Below, one piece after another: positions 40,267 through 50,569 of a DNA stretch of 64,000 nucleotides. The translations under genes and the position numbers were made by a program. The notes under the pieces were generated by a model that saw only the letters and a list, made by a program, of their open reading frames with translations, searched no databases and was not told the DNA's origin. This DNA comes from an uncultured candidate division Zixibacteria bacterium. Lineage in GTDB: Bacteria > Zixibacteria > MSB-5A5 > GN15 > PGXB01. Positions within the stretch are counted from its first letter, which is position 1. Each line of letters opens with the position of its first letter. Where the stretch lies: contig OY969724.1 of NCBI GenBank assembly GCA_963702205.1, positions 992,001 through 1,056,000 on the forward strand, given 5' to 3'.

Positions 40267-40414
40267 TTGATACTTCCTGAAGTTGGTTAATGGACTATAT
40301 ATGTCCATATCAAGTATACGCCCAATAATTGCATATCTGAGGAAAAAGTGACAAAATCCACCGGTGACTACCGTAAGCGGAAATACCCGTCAGCGATCAA
40401 AATAACCCGTGCTG

Positions 40415-41053
40415 CTATGTTGTCGAGTAGCTGGCTCGTCTTTCGAGAAATAAAAATACGACCAGTGCCACCCAGAACAAACCGGTAGCGGGGCCAAAAT
40501 CGATAAGTCCCGCTTCATCCGGCGGCGTAGGAAAACTCAATAGATTCAAAGCCAAAAGTGCGATGCCGATTGCGATGCCATACACGCCCAATATTTTCTG
40601 TTTTAAGTTCAAGCTTAAGAGAGCAATTGACAATATTACCATCCCGATCGTGTAAAAAATATCAAATGTAACGTCTATACCCAACTGCACCTGGTTTACC
40701 AGATAAAAAATCTGTCTGATCGATTCTTTAGCCGTCTCGCTGCCGGCGCTTGCCAATGAGGAACGCAGGGTCGCGAATATGGATTGCTGAACGACCAACA
40801 TCAGGCAAAACATCGCAAAAGCAATGACAAGAAAAGTGATGCCCGCCCGGAGGGCATATCCCCGGCAGCGGCCCGATAATTGACGTTCGATTTGCAGCAT
40901 ACCCAGAATCGCCACGGGCCCGATGGCAAAGGCCAGCAGAAGCTGAAGTCGATCCGACAGGGGGATACCGAATACAGTAATGTTAAAATATGTCGCCAGT
41001 GCAACTATACCGGCTATTGGCAGCAGAAAAGCCGACGCCCTCTTTATATTCAT
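40415..41053 (-). CDS. Hypothetical integral membrane protein (about 6 TM)
   Basis: Hydrophobic helices; ATGA overlap with the PadR gene; GGGAGG RBS. Confidence 0.75.
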   Translation of the reverse strand: MNIKRASAFLLPIAGIVALATYFNITVFGIPLSDRLQLLLAFAIGPVAILGMLQIERQLSGRCRGYALRAGITFLVIAFAMFCLMLVVQQSIFATLRSSLASAGSETAKESIRQIFYLVNQVQLGIDVTFDIFYTIGMVILSIALLSLNLKQKILGVYGIAIGIALLALNLLSFPTPPDEAGLIDFGPATGLFWVALVVFLFLERRASYSTT

Positions 41054-41658
41054 GATCGTATTCCTCCCTTCTTGTTTGATCCGCCGGCACTTTTGACCGA
41101 CTTAAAGTCTTTGACCATTTTCCCGATTGTTTCCAGTGACTCACGAGCCCATGCCAGCCTGGCCCGGGCAACCATTTCACCGCGCTTTAGCGTCATAAGC
41201 CAGAATACCTGATGCTCCGGGGGTTCATCAGACGCATTTATCAGGTTTTTTGTGTCGAGTAAGGTCGATAATTGAAACTCCTGCCCTTTAATAAAGCCGT
41301 GAAGTTGGTTTTCGATTGCTTCGAGATCAGATTTATCACTGAGAAATATTTTCAAAAGCAATTCGCTTTTAAACTGTTCTTGCCCCGTCGGCTCTTTTTG
41401 CCATTGGTCAAAGGCCTTGCGGCCCTTCACGGTTAAACTTAGAATATTGCGGCCCGGGCGGCCGGGTTTGCTTTCGCTTTTGCTGACAATCAGTTTATCT
41501 TTAACCAACTGCCTGATCAGCGGATAAATATTGCCATAGCTTTCGTGCCAAAAATGGCCGATATGTTCGGATATGAATTTTCGAAGATCGTACCCGGACA
41601 TCGGTCGTATAGTGAGTAGTCCCAGAATGGCGAATCGTGTGCGGCTGTTTTGTGCCAA
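41050..41658 (-). CDS. PadR family transcriptional regulator
   Basis: FAILGLL...SGYDL...FWHESYGNIYP; GGAGG before the TTG at 41658. Confidence 0.9.
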   Translation of the reverse strand: MAQNSRTRFAILGLLTIRPMSGYDLRKFISEHIGHFWHESYGNIYPLIRQLVKDKLIVSKSESKPGRPGRNILSLTVKGRKAFDQWQKEPTGQEQFKSELLLKIFLSDKSDLEAIENQLHGFIKGQEFQLSTLLDTKNLINASDEPPEHQVFWLMTLKRGEMVARARLAWARESLETIGKMVKDFKSVKSAGGSNKKGGIRS

Positions 41659-41680
41659 TTTACCTCCATTCATAAAAGCC

Positions 41681-41720
41681 CTATATATCTAATTGATATA
41701 TATCATTACGATATATATAG
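41681..41720. promoter_or_regulatory. Tandem overlapping palindromes TATATC-N5-GATATA, putative PadR operator
   Basis: CTATATATC-TAATT-GATATATATC-ATTAC-GATATATATAG just upstream of padR. Confidence 0.6.
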
Positions 41721-41961
41721 CGTTTAATTATTTTTAAGCAATCATAAAATTTTTATTTTCAACCGCTAAGGCATAGGACTGGTTGATGTAAAGCCACCTT
41801 ATAATAAAGACAAGCTCACATTTGTCATCGCAGTTGATTCTCGGGTAAACTCCCGGGCGGCCGGTGCGCTATCGCTCAACGGTATTGTAATCGGAATTTA
41901 ATTCCTTGCGCAATGATGGATCGTTAACGATAATTGCCACATATTATCCGTTGGAGGCAGT

Positions 41962-42765
41962 ATGGATTCAAACGCAGGCTATTTCGATAGTCCCATTCTG
42001 GCCGAATTGTACGATTTGGTGCCCGGCTATATAAGCCGGCCCGACAAAGATTTTTATCTTCGAACCACTGCGTCGATTTCCGGCAATATAATCGAATTGG
42101 GCTGCGGAACCGGCCGCATTCTGGTCCCTATCGCCGAAGCTGGTCATTCCATTACCGGTGTCGATGCTTCGGCGCACATGCTGGCCAGATGCCGGCAGAA
42201 ACTGGACGCCTTGTCCGAAAATAAAAAAGGCCGTGTGCAACTGATTAAAGGAGATATGGCCCACCTGACACTCGATGAGTCTTTTGATCTTGCCATTATT
42301 CCATTTCGGGCGTTTCAGCACCTGATGACAATCGACGACCAAATGTCCTGCCTGCAAACACTCAATCGCAGTTTGACGGCAAGTGGCCGGCTGGTCTTTG
42401 ACGTTTTCCACGTGGATTTTAACAGGATCAACAATCCGGCCCATTCCGAAGAAATGGTAGACATGCCTGAATTCGAACTTCCGGGCGGAAGGCGCCTGAA
42501 GCGTGCCGGCCGGATGGCCGGTTTCCACCCGGCAAAGCAATACAACGACGTCGAAATGATCTACTATCTGACCGATGTTAACGGCAAAACAAAGCGCATC
42601 GTGCATGGCTTTCCGTACAGGTATTTCTTCAGATACGAGATGGAGCACTTATTGGAACGCTGCGGCTTTCGGATCATAGCGCTTTATGGCAATTTCGATG
42701 AGTCGCCGTTGACAGGTAGTTCACCGGAAATGATTTTTATCGCAGAGAAGTACAAAGAGATATGA
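41962..42765 (+). CDS. Class I SAM-dependent methyltransferase
   Basis: IIELGCGTGR, GVDAS, GDM, FDLAIIPFRAFQHL. Confidence 0.9.
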   Translation: MDSNAGYFDSPILAELYDLVPGYISRPDKDFYLRTTASISGNIIELGCGTGRILVPIAEAGHSITGVDASAHMLARCRQKLDALSENKKGRVQLIKGDMAHLTLDESFDLAIIPFRAFQHLMTIDDQMSCLQTLNRSLTASGRLVFDVFHVDFNRINNPAHSEEMVDMPEFELPGGRRLKRAGRMAGFHPAKQYNDVEMIYYLTDVNGKTKRIVHGFPYRYFFRYEMEHLLERCGFRIIALYGNFDESPLTGSSPEMIFIAEKYKEI

Positions 42766-42810
42766 CCGCAGAGGAGTTTGCCACGCAACGGAGATTGAAA
42801 CTTGAGAGAT

Positions 42811-43278
42811 TTATTTCTTTATTTGCCGGTTCCTGAGACGATTGGCCAGCCGCACATCTAATGAAGCTTTGCCACCGCCCACAATGAGCAGAAAAAGGCA
42901 GCCAAATAGCATCGAAAAATCGGTACGAGCCTCATGCGCCATCGACCAGAAACCCTTCGACAGGAGTATAGGAATTTTGGTAGAGACAATGGCGACCATC
43001 ATATTAATAATGAGGGAAATGGCTGCAAAGCGTGTAAACAGTCCCAGGACCAGCAAAAAGCCGCAGACAATTTCAACAACACCGACAAATGGCGCGAAGA
43101 AATGCGGCGCGGGAATCCCTATGGCTATGAAGCGACCAACACCTAACCTGTCAGGGTAGACGAATTTCTGTATACCCTCGGACAGGAATACGAATCCGAC
43201 GACAAATCGAATCAACAATGTGGCAATCGGCGCTTCAGTTTTTAAAAGTCGATCAAACATATTATTTATACTATCCAT
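42811..43278 (-). CDS. DoxX family protein
   Basis: LLIRFVVGFVFLSEGIQK, VEIVCGFLLVLGLFTR, GGGKASLD. Confidence 0.9.
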   Translation of the reverse strand: MDSINNMFDRLLKTEAPIATLLIRFVVGFVFLSEGIQKFVYPDRLGVGRFIAIGIPAPHFFAPFVGVVEIVCGFLLVLGLFTRFAAISLIINMMVAIVSTKIPILLSKGFWSMAHEARTDFSMLFGCLFLLIVGGGKASLDVRLANRLRNRQIKK

Positions 43279-43291
43279 ACTTTCTCAGTTG

Positions 43292-44098
43292 TCAAAAAGT
43301 CCGGTATAAAGACAGATAAAATGAGAACCGATTTTGATCCGGGTCCTGCAAGTCGCGACCGACGGAAAAGAGGACCTGGTATGGTTCTTCGATGGTTATC
43401 CCACCGCCGAGAGATACTCCGGTACCGGCCGAAGCGCCATCAGCGTCCGGCGTTTGGTGATACACCTCCGCCCCGAGAAATATCCGATCATTGATTTGAC
43501 GCTGCACCAGCCACCCGGCAAACCACCAGTTTTGATTACCATCGCCCGGATTGATCCAGTACCCACCCCCGCCGTACGTCGTCCAGGATTCGGTCTCTTT
43601 GCCCAGCCAGACGGGCAGAAATAGCTGCGCTTTCTGACTCCCCAGACCACGGTCCTCATCGCCGGTGGGCAATACCAGTATCGGGAAAATTCCAGTTTCC
43701 GGGCGGCGATCCGACTGTTCGAGAAAACGCCATTTAAAACCGAGTTCCAGGTCACCCATTCCATAGGCCGACTTTTCGCCCGAGGTATGGTTGAGCGACA
43801 AGGGCGCGATTAGATGCAAAAACGTACTTTTCATGAAACTAAAGTTCGCTTCAATCGCCGGGGCGGCATCTAAGACGGTTCCATCGATAGTCTTCGACCC
43901 GGCCGTGAACAGGTAAAACTCTCCAGTGTGAAGCGGCAACGGAAAGGGGTCGTCGGTTTCAAACGGCGGCCCCGCCGAGACCACTGACGAAAACGCCCAA
44001 AGCGTTGACAATAGTACTATCTGTTTGATTTGTCGTGATGAGTTCAGGTCAACCTCTCCTTCAGGCCCGAAATTTCTGTTATTCAGAAACGAAAGCAA
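43292..44098 (-). CDS. Putative outer-membrane beta-barrel (MetA-pathway/transporter-like); start uncertain
   Basis: Signal-like segment then AGPPFETDDP, GMGDLELGFKWRF, PTGDEDRGLGS; C-terminal Phe. Confidence 0.7.
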   Translation of the reverse strand: MLSFLNNRNFGPEGEVDLNSSRQIKQIVLLSTLWAFSSVVSAGPPFETDDPFPLPLHTGEFYLFTAGSKTIDGTVLDAAPAIEANFSFMKSTFLHLIAPLSLNHTSGEKSAYGMGDLELGFKWRFLEQSDRRPETGIFPILVLPTGDEDRGLGSQKAQLFLPVWLGKETESWTTYGGGGYWINPGDGNQNWWFAGWLVQRQINDRIFLGAEVYHQTPDADGASAGTGVSLGGGITIEEPYQVLFSVGRDLQDPDQNRFSFYLSLYRTF

Positions 44099-44107
44099 TG
44101 CTTCATA

Positions 44108-46753
44108 TCATTCATATTTTTTTAAGAGCGATTTAAACCTCGGGATAGTTTGAAGAGGAGCGAAGATGGGATCGGCTCGTAATAACGCCGGTGAGCTTCT
44201 GCCCGGAATGGACAGATGATACGAAAGCTCGTCGATGGCAGAATCGTAGTCTCCAATAATCGTGTATATCTGGGCCATGACCATGACCGCATCCGGTCCT
44301 CACAGGTGGCACTGATCGACCGACATTATTTCCTTCCCCCTCCTGCCGGCCCAGATTGCCGAATCGGGTTTGCCCAGATATGCATAGGCGAGACCCAGTG
44401 ACGAAAAAATGTTGAAATTAAAAGCCCCGTTGTCAATTACGTTCTTTAAAGTTGTCTTACAGGAGTCATAGAAAATATAGGCCGAATCCTTATGACCGGT
44501 CAATTCGTAAATTTGGGCAATGTTCATGTACACCCGGTATAAGACACTTTCGTCTTCGCCTTTGCGGAGTTCCGCAATCATGCTACTCGGATCGACCCTG
44601 TTTATTATATATCGCCAAAGACCCGGTGCCGAAGAAGGAAACATCTCATAAGACGCCACGTGTGCTGCCCCGACTTTCCCTACGATATCCTCAAAGGTCC
44701 TGTTATCTGAATCGACTCTTCCATCTTTCAGCAAATTCAGCATGATTCTCCAATATATCATGTCGGGATCGTCCGGCGCCAGGGCCAGACCGCGTTCGAC
44801 ATTTCTTTCGGCATTGTCATATTCCCGTCTCATGGAATAATACATAAACAGCCAATAATAACGCCTGACAGAAAGAGGATCGAGGCGGGCCGCCTCATTG
44901 AAATACTTCAAGGCCATGGGCCAGTTGCCTTGACGCATTTTAACCACGCCGATTTCCTCGGAAAGATCGGCGTTGCCGTTAATCTCCGATTCTGCCTTTA
45001 CGAATTCATTTAAAGCTTTTTCATAATCGTTATTGAAGTAATTATGATAGGAACCTAAAGCGATATGTCCGTCAGGAAGATTCGGATTTAATGCCAGTGA
45101 TTTTTCTGCCGCGTCCAGCGCGGCCGAAATATTTTGATTCGTTTCGTCCGTAGCGGGCCGGCCGAATTCATATTCTGTCAGGGCGATTGACTTTTTCGCC
45201 CAGGCCTGGGCGAACATGGGATCGAAAATAGTCGCGGAGTCAAACATATACACCGCCCCATGAAGATTGGCCTTGAAAATCCCCTCGCTCATAATTTCCA
45301 GCCCTCTTAGATAGTAATTGTACGCCTGCATATTCGATGTGGGTGCATAATCGGGAGCATTCTTGCCGGTATCCAGTAATGAAAGACCGAGAGCCGTGAC
45401 GATCTTATCGGCAATCATGGATTGCACATCAAAGACCCGCACAAGTTCCAGCTCGAAATTATCCGACCAAACCATATAGCCGTTAGATGTCTTGATTAAT
45501 TTGGGTGTGATGCGAAAACGGCTCACCTTTCCTGATTTATCCCAACGAATGGTCGCGTCCAGGACATATTCAGCCCCGGTTTCCTGGCCAATTCGTTCTA
45601 TACTTTCATCGGTATTCTGATACCTGTCGGCACTCCGCGGAGACAGGACGCGCAGCCCGGTGACTGCGGAAAGCCGGGAACTGATTTCCTCCCTTATTCC
45701 AACCGAGAAATATTCATCCGATGGATCTCCGAGATTATCGAAAGGCAGTACAATAAGTACCGGCGGATCAGACTTTGCTGTTTTAAACTCTGCTTCTTTC
45801 TTAAATGCAGTCGACATCAAATATATGGCTGCGATTATGGCGATCCCGGCAGCTCCGATCCAAATCCATTTTTTATTGCCTTTTTTTTGAGGTGCAATCT
45901 CAAACCTTTTGATATCGGCCAGCATTCCATCGGCGGTTTGGTAGCGCATCGACGGATTCTTGGCCAAGGCCTTATCGACAATTCTCTGGATTTCGTTGGA
46001 AACTCCCGATTTAAAGCGGGCTATGGGTTCGGGAATCGAATCAATGATAGCCAACGCGATGGTCGCTTCGTTATCTCCATGGAAAGGACGATTGCATGTT
46101 AATAGTTCATATAGTATAACACCGGTGGAAAAAAGGTCGGCGCGCTTATCAACTTTGCCGCCATTGATCTGTTCCGGGGCCATATATCCGAGCGTGCCGA
46201 GCATTGTCCCAGTTTTTGTCAGTCTTTCCTCTCCCACGATTGTCGCCAAACCAAAATCCAGTATGCGAGCCCGGCTCGCCTGATCTATAATGATATTTTC
46301 CGGCTTAATATCTCTATGTATAATTCCGGCGTTGTGGGCCTCCTGTAAACCATTGCATATCTGCCCGGTTATTTCTAAGATCTCCGATAACGACAGATTG
46401 CCCTTTTTTATTACATCACGGAGTGATCTGCCTTCAATGTGAGCCATGACAATGTACGGTCTGTCTTTGAAATCACCGACTTCATAAACAGGGACGATAT
46501 TGGGGTGGTCGAGTTTGGCAGCCGCCTGTGCCTCACGGATGAAGCGCATCTTCATATTTGCATCGGCAACAAAATTAGCCGGCATGAATTTTATGGCAAC
46601 ATTTCGGCCGAGCTTGGTATCGTCGGCCAGATAAATCTCTCCCATCCCACCGGATCCTATTTTTTTTATTATCCGATAGTGATGAACCATCATGCCGGGC
46701 GCCAAAATTAAATGAGCATTGGTCTGCTCGTCGTCCGGAGTCATTCCAGCCAT
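44108..46753 (-). CDS. Membrane Ser/Thr protein kinase (kinase-TM-TolB-like-TPR) with an in-frame TGA at 44300..44302, predicted selenocysteine (881 aa with read-through; 817 aa if TGA is a stop)
   Basis: GSGGMG, VAIK, HRDIKPEN, DFG, GTLGYMAPE; TM KWIWIGAAGIAIIAAIYLM; VLPFDNLG; TPRs. After CHL-TGA the frame reads GPDAVMVMAQIYTIIGDYDSAIDELSYHLSIPGRSSPALLRADPIFAPLQTIPRFKSLLKKYE*. Confidence 0.85.
44273..44288 (-). promoter_or_regulatory. Putative bacterial SECIS element
   Basis: UGA-GGACCGGAUGC (11 nt)-GGUCAU-GGUC-AUGGCC: 6-bp stem (one G-U) with a GGUC loop. Confidence 0.7.
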
Positions 46754-47127
46754 TAATCCTCTATAGGGTTGAGAGTTTTGCCATATTGCTTTGGAATTGT
46801 AAGATAATACGCCGCATCGGCCCCGTTGAAGTGACTTTTTCTTTTGAATATGCTATGTGACACCACGGCAAGGCATTAAGAAACTATTTATATCCCACGT
46901 CGGTTAGAAATGCCCGAAAAATAGTCCCTAAATGGCCGCGGCTTCCGAACTGGTCAGCAATGTGGCAATAATCGTGCCTTCGCTTTGGCCCGGAAGTATA
47001 AATAGGCTCGATTTCAAATAAAAGTCCTGTTGCAGGAATTTCACAGTTTCTTCGGGGTCTATAGACAGCGAGACTATCGACCGTTTGAGTAATGCTATAT
47101 TACTATTGAAAGTTAGTCGGACTGACT

Positions 47128-47320
47128 TCAGTTGCTCGGCTTCAGGCTGTCGATCACGGCCGTCGAAACCCAGTAGACTTCGTTTGTATCCGCGCTGATT
47201 CTGCAGTAAAACAAATAATTGCCGTCGGGCGTTAAAACGGGACATACCTCATTGTGCAAAGAGTTGACGGTATCGCCCATGTTAATCGCCGGTATCCAGT
47301 TGCCGTCGGCTTTCGACGCC
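47128..47320 (-). pseudogene. Remnant 3' end of a PD40/TolB-like beta-propeller gene
   Basis: DGNWIPAINMGDTVNS...CPVLTPDGNYLFY...VYWVS; no credible upstream coding sequence. Confidence 0.6.
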
Positions 47321-47553
47321 CCCCTTGCTCTGAAGAACCCTTCCCGGCAGGGAAAGAAAATATCCAACGTGCAGATGGACGCGAATTAACAGTTGATACA
47401 GGCTCGGCTATTGGAAAAAGGGAGTATATCGTTCTGAACTATTGATTCCGGATATTTCCCCAAAAATATTGATTTATCGATAGTATTTTAACAGGAATCC
47501 CCCCTCCTGAAGATATATAAAAAAACGTCATATCGAGTCTGTCCTGCCTCGAT

Positions 47554-49035
47554 CTATTTTATGAGGACCATTTTCCTCGTATCATAAAAATCATCCGTTT
47601 TCATCCGGATAAAGTAAATGCCGGAAGATACTTCGCCGCCCCAACTGGATTGTCCATCCCATTCGATCGAATAGACGCCCGCCGATTGAGATTCGAACTG
47701 CCAGTGGCGAACGGCCTGCCCGAGAATGTTGTAAACAGTCAATGTTACCGCCGCGCGCCGGGGCAATGTATAATTTATTCTGGTTGTCAGGTTGAAAGGA
47801 TTGGGATAATTTTGCGACAGGGCATATCCTGATGATATACCGATCGGGTCGTCGTCATCAACCGGTGTGGCATCGCCACCTAATTTTGCGATATATATAT
47901 CTGAACCACCGTTCGAATAGGAATAACTATACCCCAGAACGATATAATCCTGCGCCTGATCCTGGAAAACCATCCGGCCGAAGTCGGATTTTGACCCGCC
48001 ATAATTAAAGCCCCAGATCTGATTGCCAAATATGTCCGTCCTGATTGCATAAATATCGACCGATTGCGCGCCGAACGATTCGGTTGTACCTGTGATGATG
48101 TATCCGCCACCGCGCAATGGGGAAATCGAATATCCGTGGTCATCATTGACTCCGCCGAAAGTCTTCTCCCATAAAGGTACGCCCGAAATGTCGGTTTTTA
48201 TCAAATATACATCCGAATATCCGGCGCCGTATGAGGCGGTGCTCCCGACAATAATGAGTCCGCCGTCCTGGGCGACTTCGACATCGCTTCCAAAATCAGC
48301 TTTGTTCCCTCCGAGAGCAACTGCCCACAGGGAATCTCCTGAGGATCCGACCCTGACCAGATAAATGCTGCTGTACCCTTCTCCAAAAGAACCGGTTGAT
48401 CCGACCGCGATGTATCCGCCGTCGGCAACTTCCCTGACCGCACTGCCGGATTCACCCCCGGTACTTCCGAACGTCCTGGTCCAAAGAGTGTCACCGTCGA
48501 CATTTGTACGGATCAAATAGAGATCTGAATAGCCCGCTCCACTGGATGATGTCGTGCCACATATAATATATCCGCCCCCGGTGACTCTGACCGAACATCC
48601 TTCATCATCTTCCGCTCCTCCATAAGTCCGTGACCACATAACCTCCCCCAGAGAATCGACTTTAAGCAAATAGACGTCACGCTTGCCATTGCCGAAGGAA
48701 CGGGTCGAACCCACCAGGATAAAGCCACCGTCCGGAGTTTTTTGGATATCGTAGCCATATTCGGTCAAATCGCCGCCGTATGTGGCCGTCCAGATTGTAT
48801 CACCAACTGAATTCAACTTCAGAAGGTACATGTCAAAATCACCGGCACCGAAAGAATAAGTGCTTCCAAAAACAACATAATTACCATCATCAGTTTGAAC
48901 TGCGGCGTTCCCCAGCTCATTATATGTGCTACCTATATTCGACTGCCAGACCAGATTCTGTCCTGATAATGCCAAGGGCAAAATTATAATGACTATTATT
49001 GGCGAGAATATTATTTTGATAAATCTGCAACTCAT
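47554..49035 (-). CDS. Secreted repeat (beta-propeller-like) protein with FlgD-Ig/T9SS-type CTD
   Basis: About 7 repeats of W...YGG...D.G......DGG.I..G.T.S.G.G..D.YL...D..G; LSQNYPNPFN...RKMVLIK. Confidence 0.88.
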   Translation of the reverse strand: MSCRFIKIIFSPIIVIIILPLALSGQNLVWQSNIGSTYNELGNAAVQTDDGNYVVFGSTYSFGAGDFDMYLLKLNSVGDTIWTATYGGDLTEYGYDIQKTPDGGFILVGSTRSFGNGKRDVYLLKVDSLGEVMWSRTYGGAEDDEGCSVRVTGGGYIICGTTSSSGAGYSDLYLIRTNVDGDTLWTRTFGSTGGESGSAVREVADGGYIAVGSTGSFGEGYSSIYLVRVGSSGDSLWAVALGGNKADFGSDVEVAQDGGLIIVGSTASYGAGYSDVYLIKTDISGVPLWEKTFGGVNDDHGYSISPLRGGGYIITGTTESFGAQSVDIYAIRTDIFGNQIWGFNYGGSKSDFGRMVFQDQAQDYIVLGYSYSYSNGGSDIYIAKLGGDATPVDDDDPIGISSGYALSQNYPNPFNLTTRINYTLPRRAAVTLTVYNILGQAVRHWQFESQSAGVYSIEWDGQSSWGGEVSSGIYFIRMKTDDFYDTRKMVLIK

Positions 49036-49095
49036 TATCGTTACATCATTTTCCGTGTCGACTGTTTAATTTTTGAACAGCCGTTTCTATGGACA

Positions 49096-49122
49096 GTATC
49101 GGATTCCACCCATAACACTTTA
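49096..49122 (-). promoter_or_regulatory. Sigma-28 (FliA/SigD)-like promoter
   Basis: TAAA-N15-TCCGATAC (consensus TAAA-N15-GCCGATAA) about 60 nt upstream of 49035. Confidence 0.5.
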
Positions 49123-49444
49123 GCCCCATGGTTAAATTTTGAGACATTTAATTTGGAGTAAGTCAAATGGAATAAAGTGATTAAGACCCTTTCCGGCTAA
49201 TATGCCGGGCCTGATCAGACGTCTCAGCAATGATCGGTAGACTGTATCTTGTTGATAGTTATTATATTACGGCGGCGATTATGGGCTTTCTCCAATACTC
49301 GGGGTCAAATGAATTTCAATGTCCGGTATCGATTCTAATATATCTGCATGTACCACATATAGTTCCAATAAAGCACTCGGTATGGCATCCCGCTTGCCCC
49401 AATGGTATAGAAAAGAAATTGCGGTCCCTAATGGGGAGGAATAT

Positions 49445-49969
49445 ATGCTTAAGAGACAATGCCTCTTTATGCTGGCAGCTATAATTATGGCTATTAATCC
49501 CAATCCTGTCACGGCTCAGGAATACGGCACAATTCAGGCTACTGCAACGGTCCTGCAGGCCATAAGTGTGAGGGGTAACCATGATCTGATGTTTGAAACG
49601 GTTATGCCCGGAACGCCAAAAACTGTTGATAAAGCCACGACAGGGCGCGCCGGGGAGTTTGAAATCACCGGCTACCTATCGGCGGAAATAAGTATCGATT
49701 TTACGCTGCCGCCTGCCCTGCTGCTCGATTCAACGGCCGCCATGCCAATCAGTTTTAGTAATACTGACGCCTCATATGATGATGGCAGCGGAGGCGGGCA
49801 GACGACACCCGTGGCGTTTATCAACCCGAATGGTCCGTTGACATTAAGATTGGGCACAGGCGGACAGATGCTTCTCTGGATCGGAGGCACCGTCGATCCG
49901 GGTATTACCCAGACCGGCGGAGATTACGCCGCCGATATTACATTGACCGTAGCGTATACCGGTAATTAG
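49445..49969 (+). CDS. Pilin-like exported subunit (DUF4402/spore coat U-like)
   Basis: GGGAGGA RBS, signal peptide, QATATV, DLMF, IGGTV, ends LTVAYTGN. Confidence 0.75.
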   Translation: MLKRQCLFMLAAIIMAINPNPVTAQEYGTIQATATVLQAISVRGNHDLMFETVMPGTPKTVDKATTGRAGEFEITGYLSAEISIDFTLPPALLLDSTAAMPISFSNTDASYDDGSGGGQTTPVAFINPNGPLTLRLGTGGQMLLWIGGTVDPGITQTGGDYAADITLTVAYTGN

Positions 49970-50083
49970 GGTCAAAAAATGCAAGATAATTCCGATTTGT
50001 CCCGGCAAGACGATTAGCCTTGACAAAAGCCGGAATGGCAGTACTTTCAGTACTGAATTACCTGTTCAGTATTGAGGTCTGTC

Positions 50084-50497
50084 ATGTCGGTGAAAATCGG
50101 CTTGCTTTTCGCTATATTATTGGCTTTTCTGACTGGTGCCCGGGAAGCAGCCGCGCAATCGGGAGTTTCGGCTCAAATCAGGGCAACCGCGACAGTGGTC
50201 GTGCCGGTTGGGTTTTATGATGATTTACCTGAGTCTTCCGGGGATGACGCTGTTGGCGGGAATCTTACCGTTATTAATTTGTGTTATCCAAAACAGGCCG
50301 GGATACTGGTTGATATCGGCAATGATAGAGGGATCATCAAACAATACCGCTTTCCGGCTAAGACGTGGGACGATCCTTCGGGAGGAATCAGTACGGTTCA
50401 CTTAAATTCGATTATACTGGAAAAAGCTGTTCTTTTTCATGATGGCAATGCTTTACGGGGCTCTTGTTTTATCACGCTGATATATTCAGAAAATTAA
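50084..50497 (+). CDS. Divergent pilin-like exported protein
   Basis: Signal peptide, QIRATATVVVP N-terminal strand, ends ITLIYSEN. Confidence 0.6.
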   Translation: MSVKIGLLFAILLAFLTGAREAAAQSGVSAQIRATATVVVPVGFYDDLPESSGDDAVGGNLTVINLCYPKQAGILVDIGNDRGIIKQYRFPAKTWDDPSGGISTVHLNSIILEKAVLFHDGNALRGSCFITLIYSEN

Positions 50498-50569
50498 TTT
50501 TCCTCCAAAAAAATATTGCCCTGATTGCTTGAATTTCAATAATTATCTTTTGTGATGTGGCCAATCGAT

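Noticed and set aside
44300..44302. TGA reassigned genome-wide to Trp or Gly (code 4 or 25)
   Set aside because: Many full-length genes here end at TGA at their expected C-termini (ettA, mntH, dsbD, Rieske, cytochrome b), and I saw no other long gene with an internal TGA.
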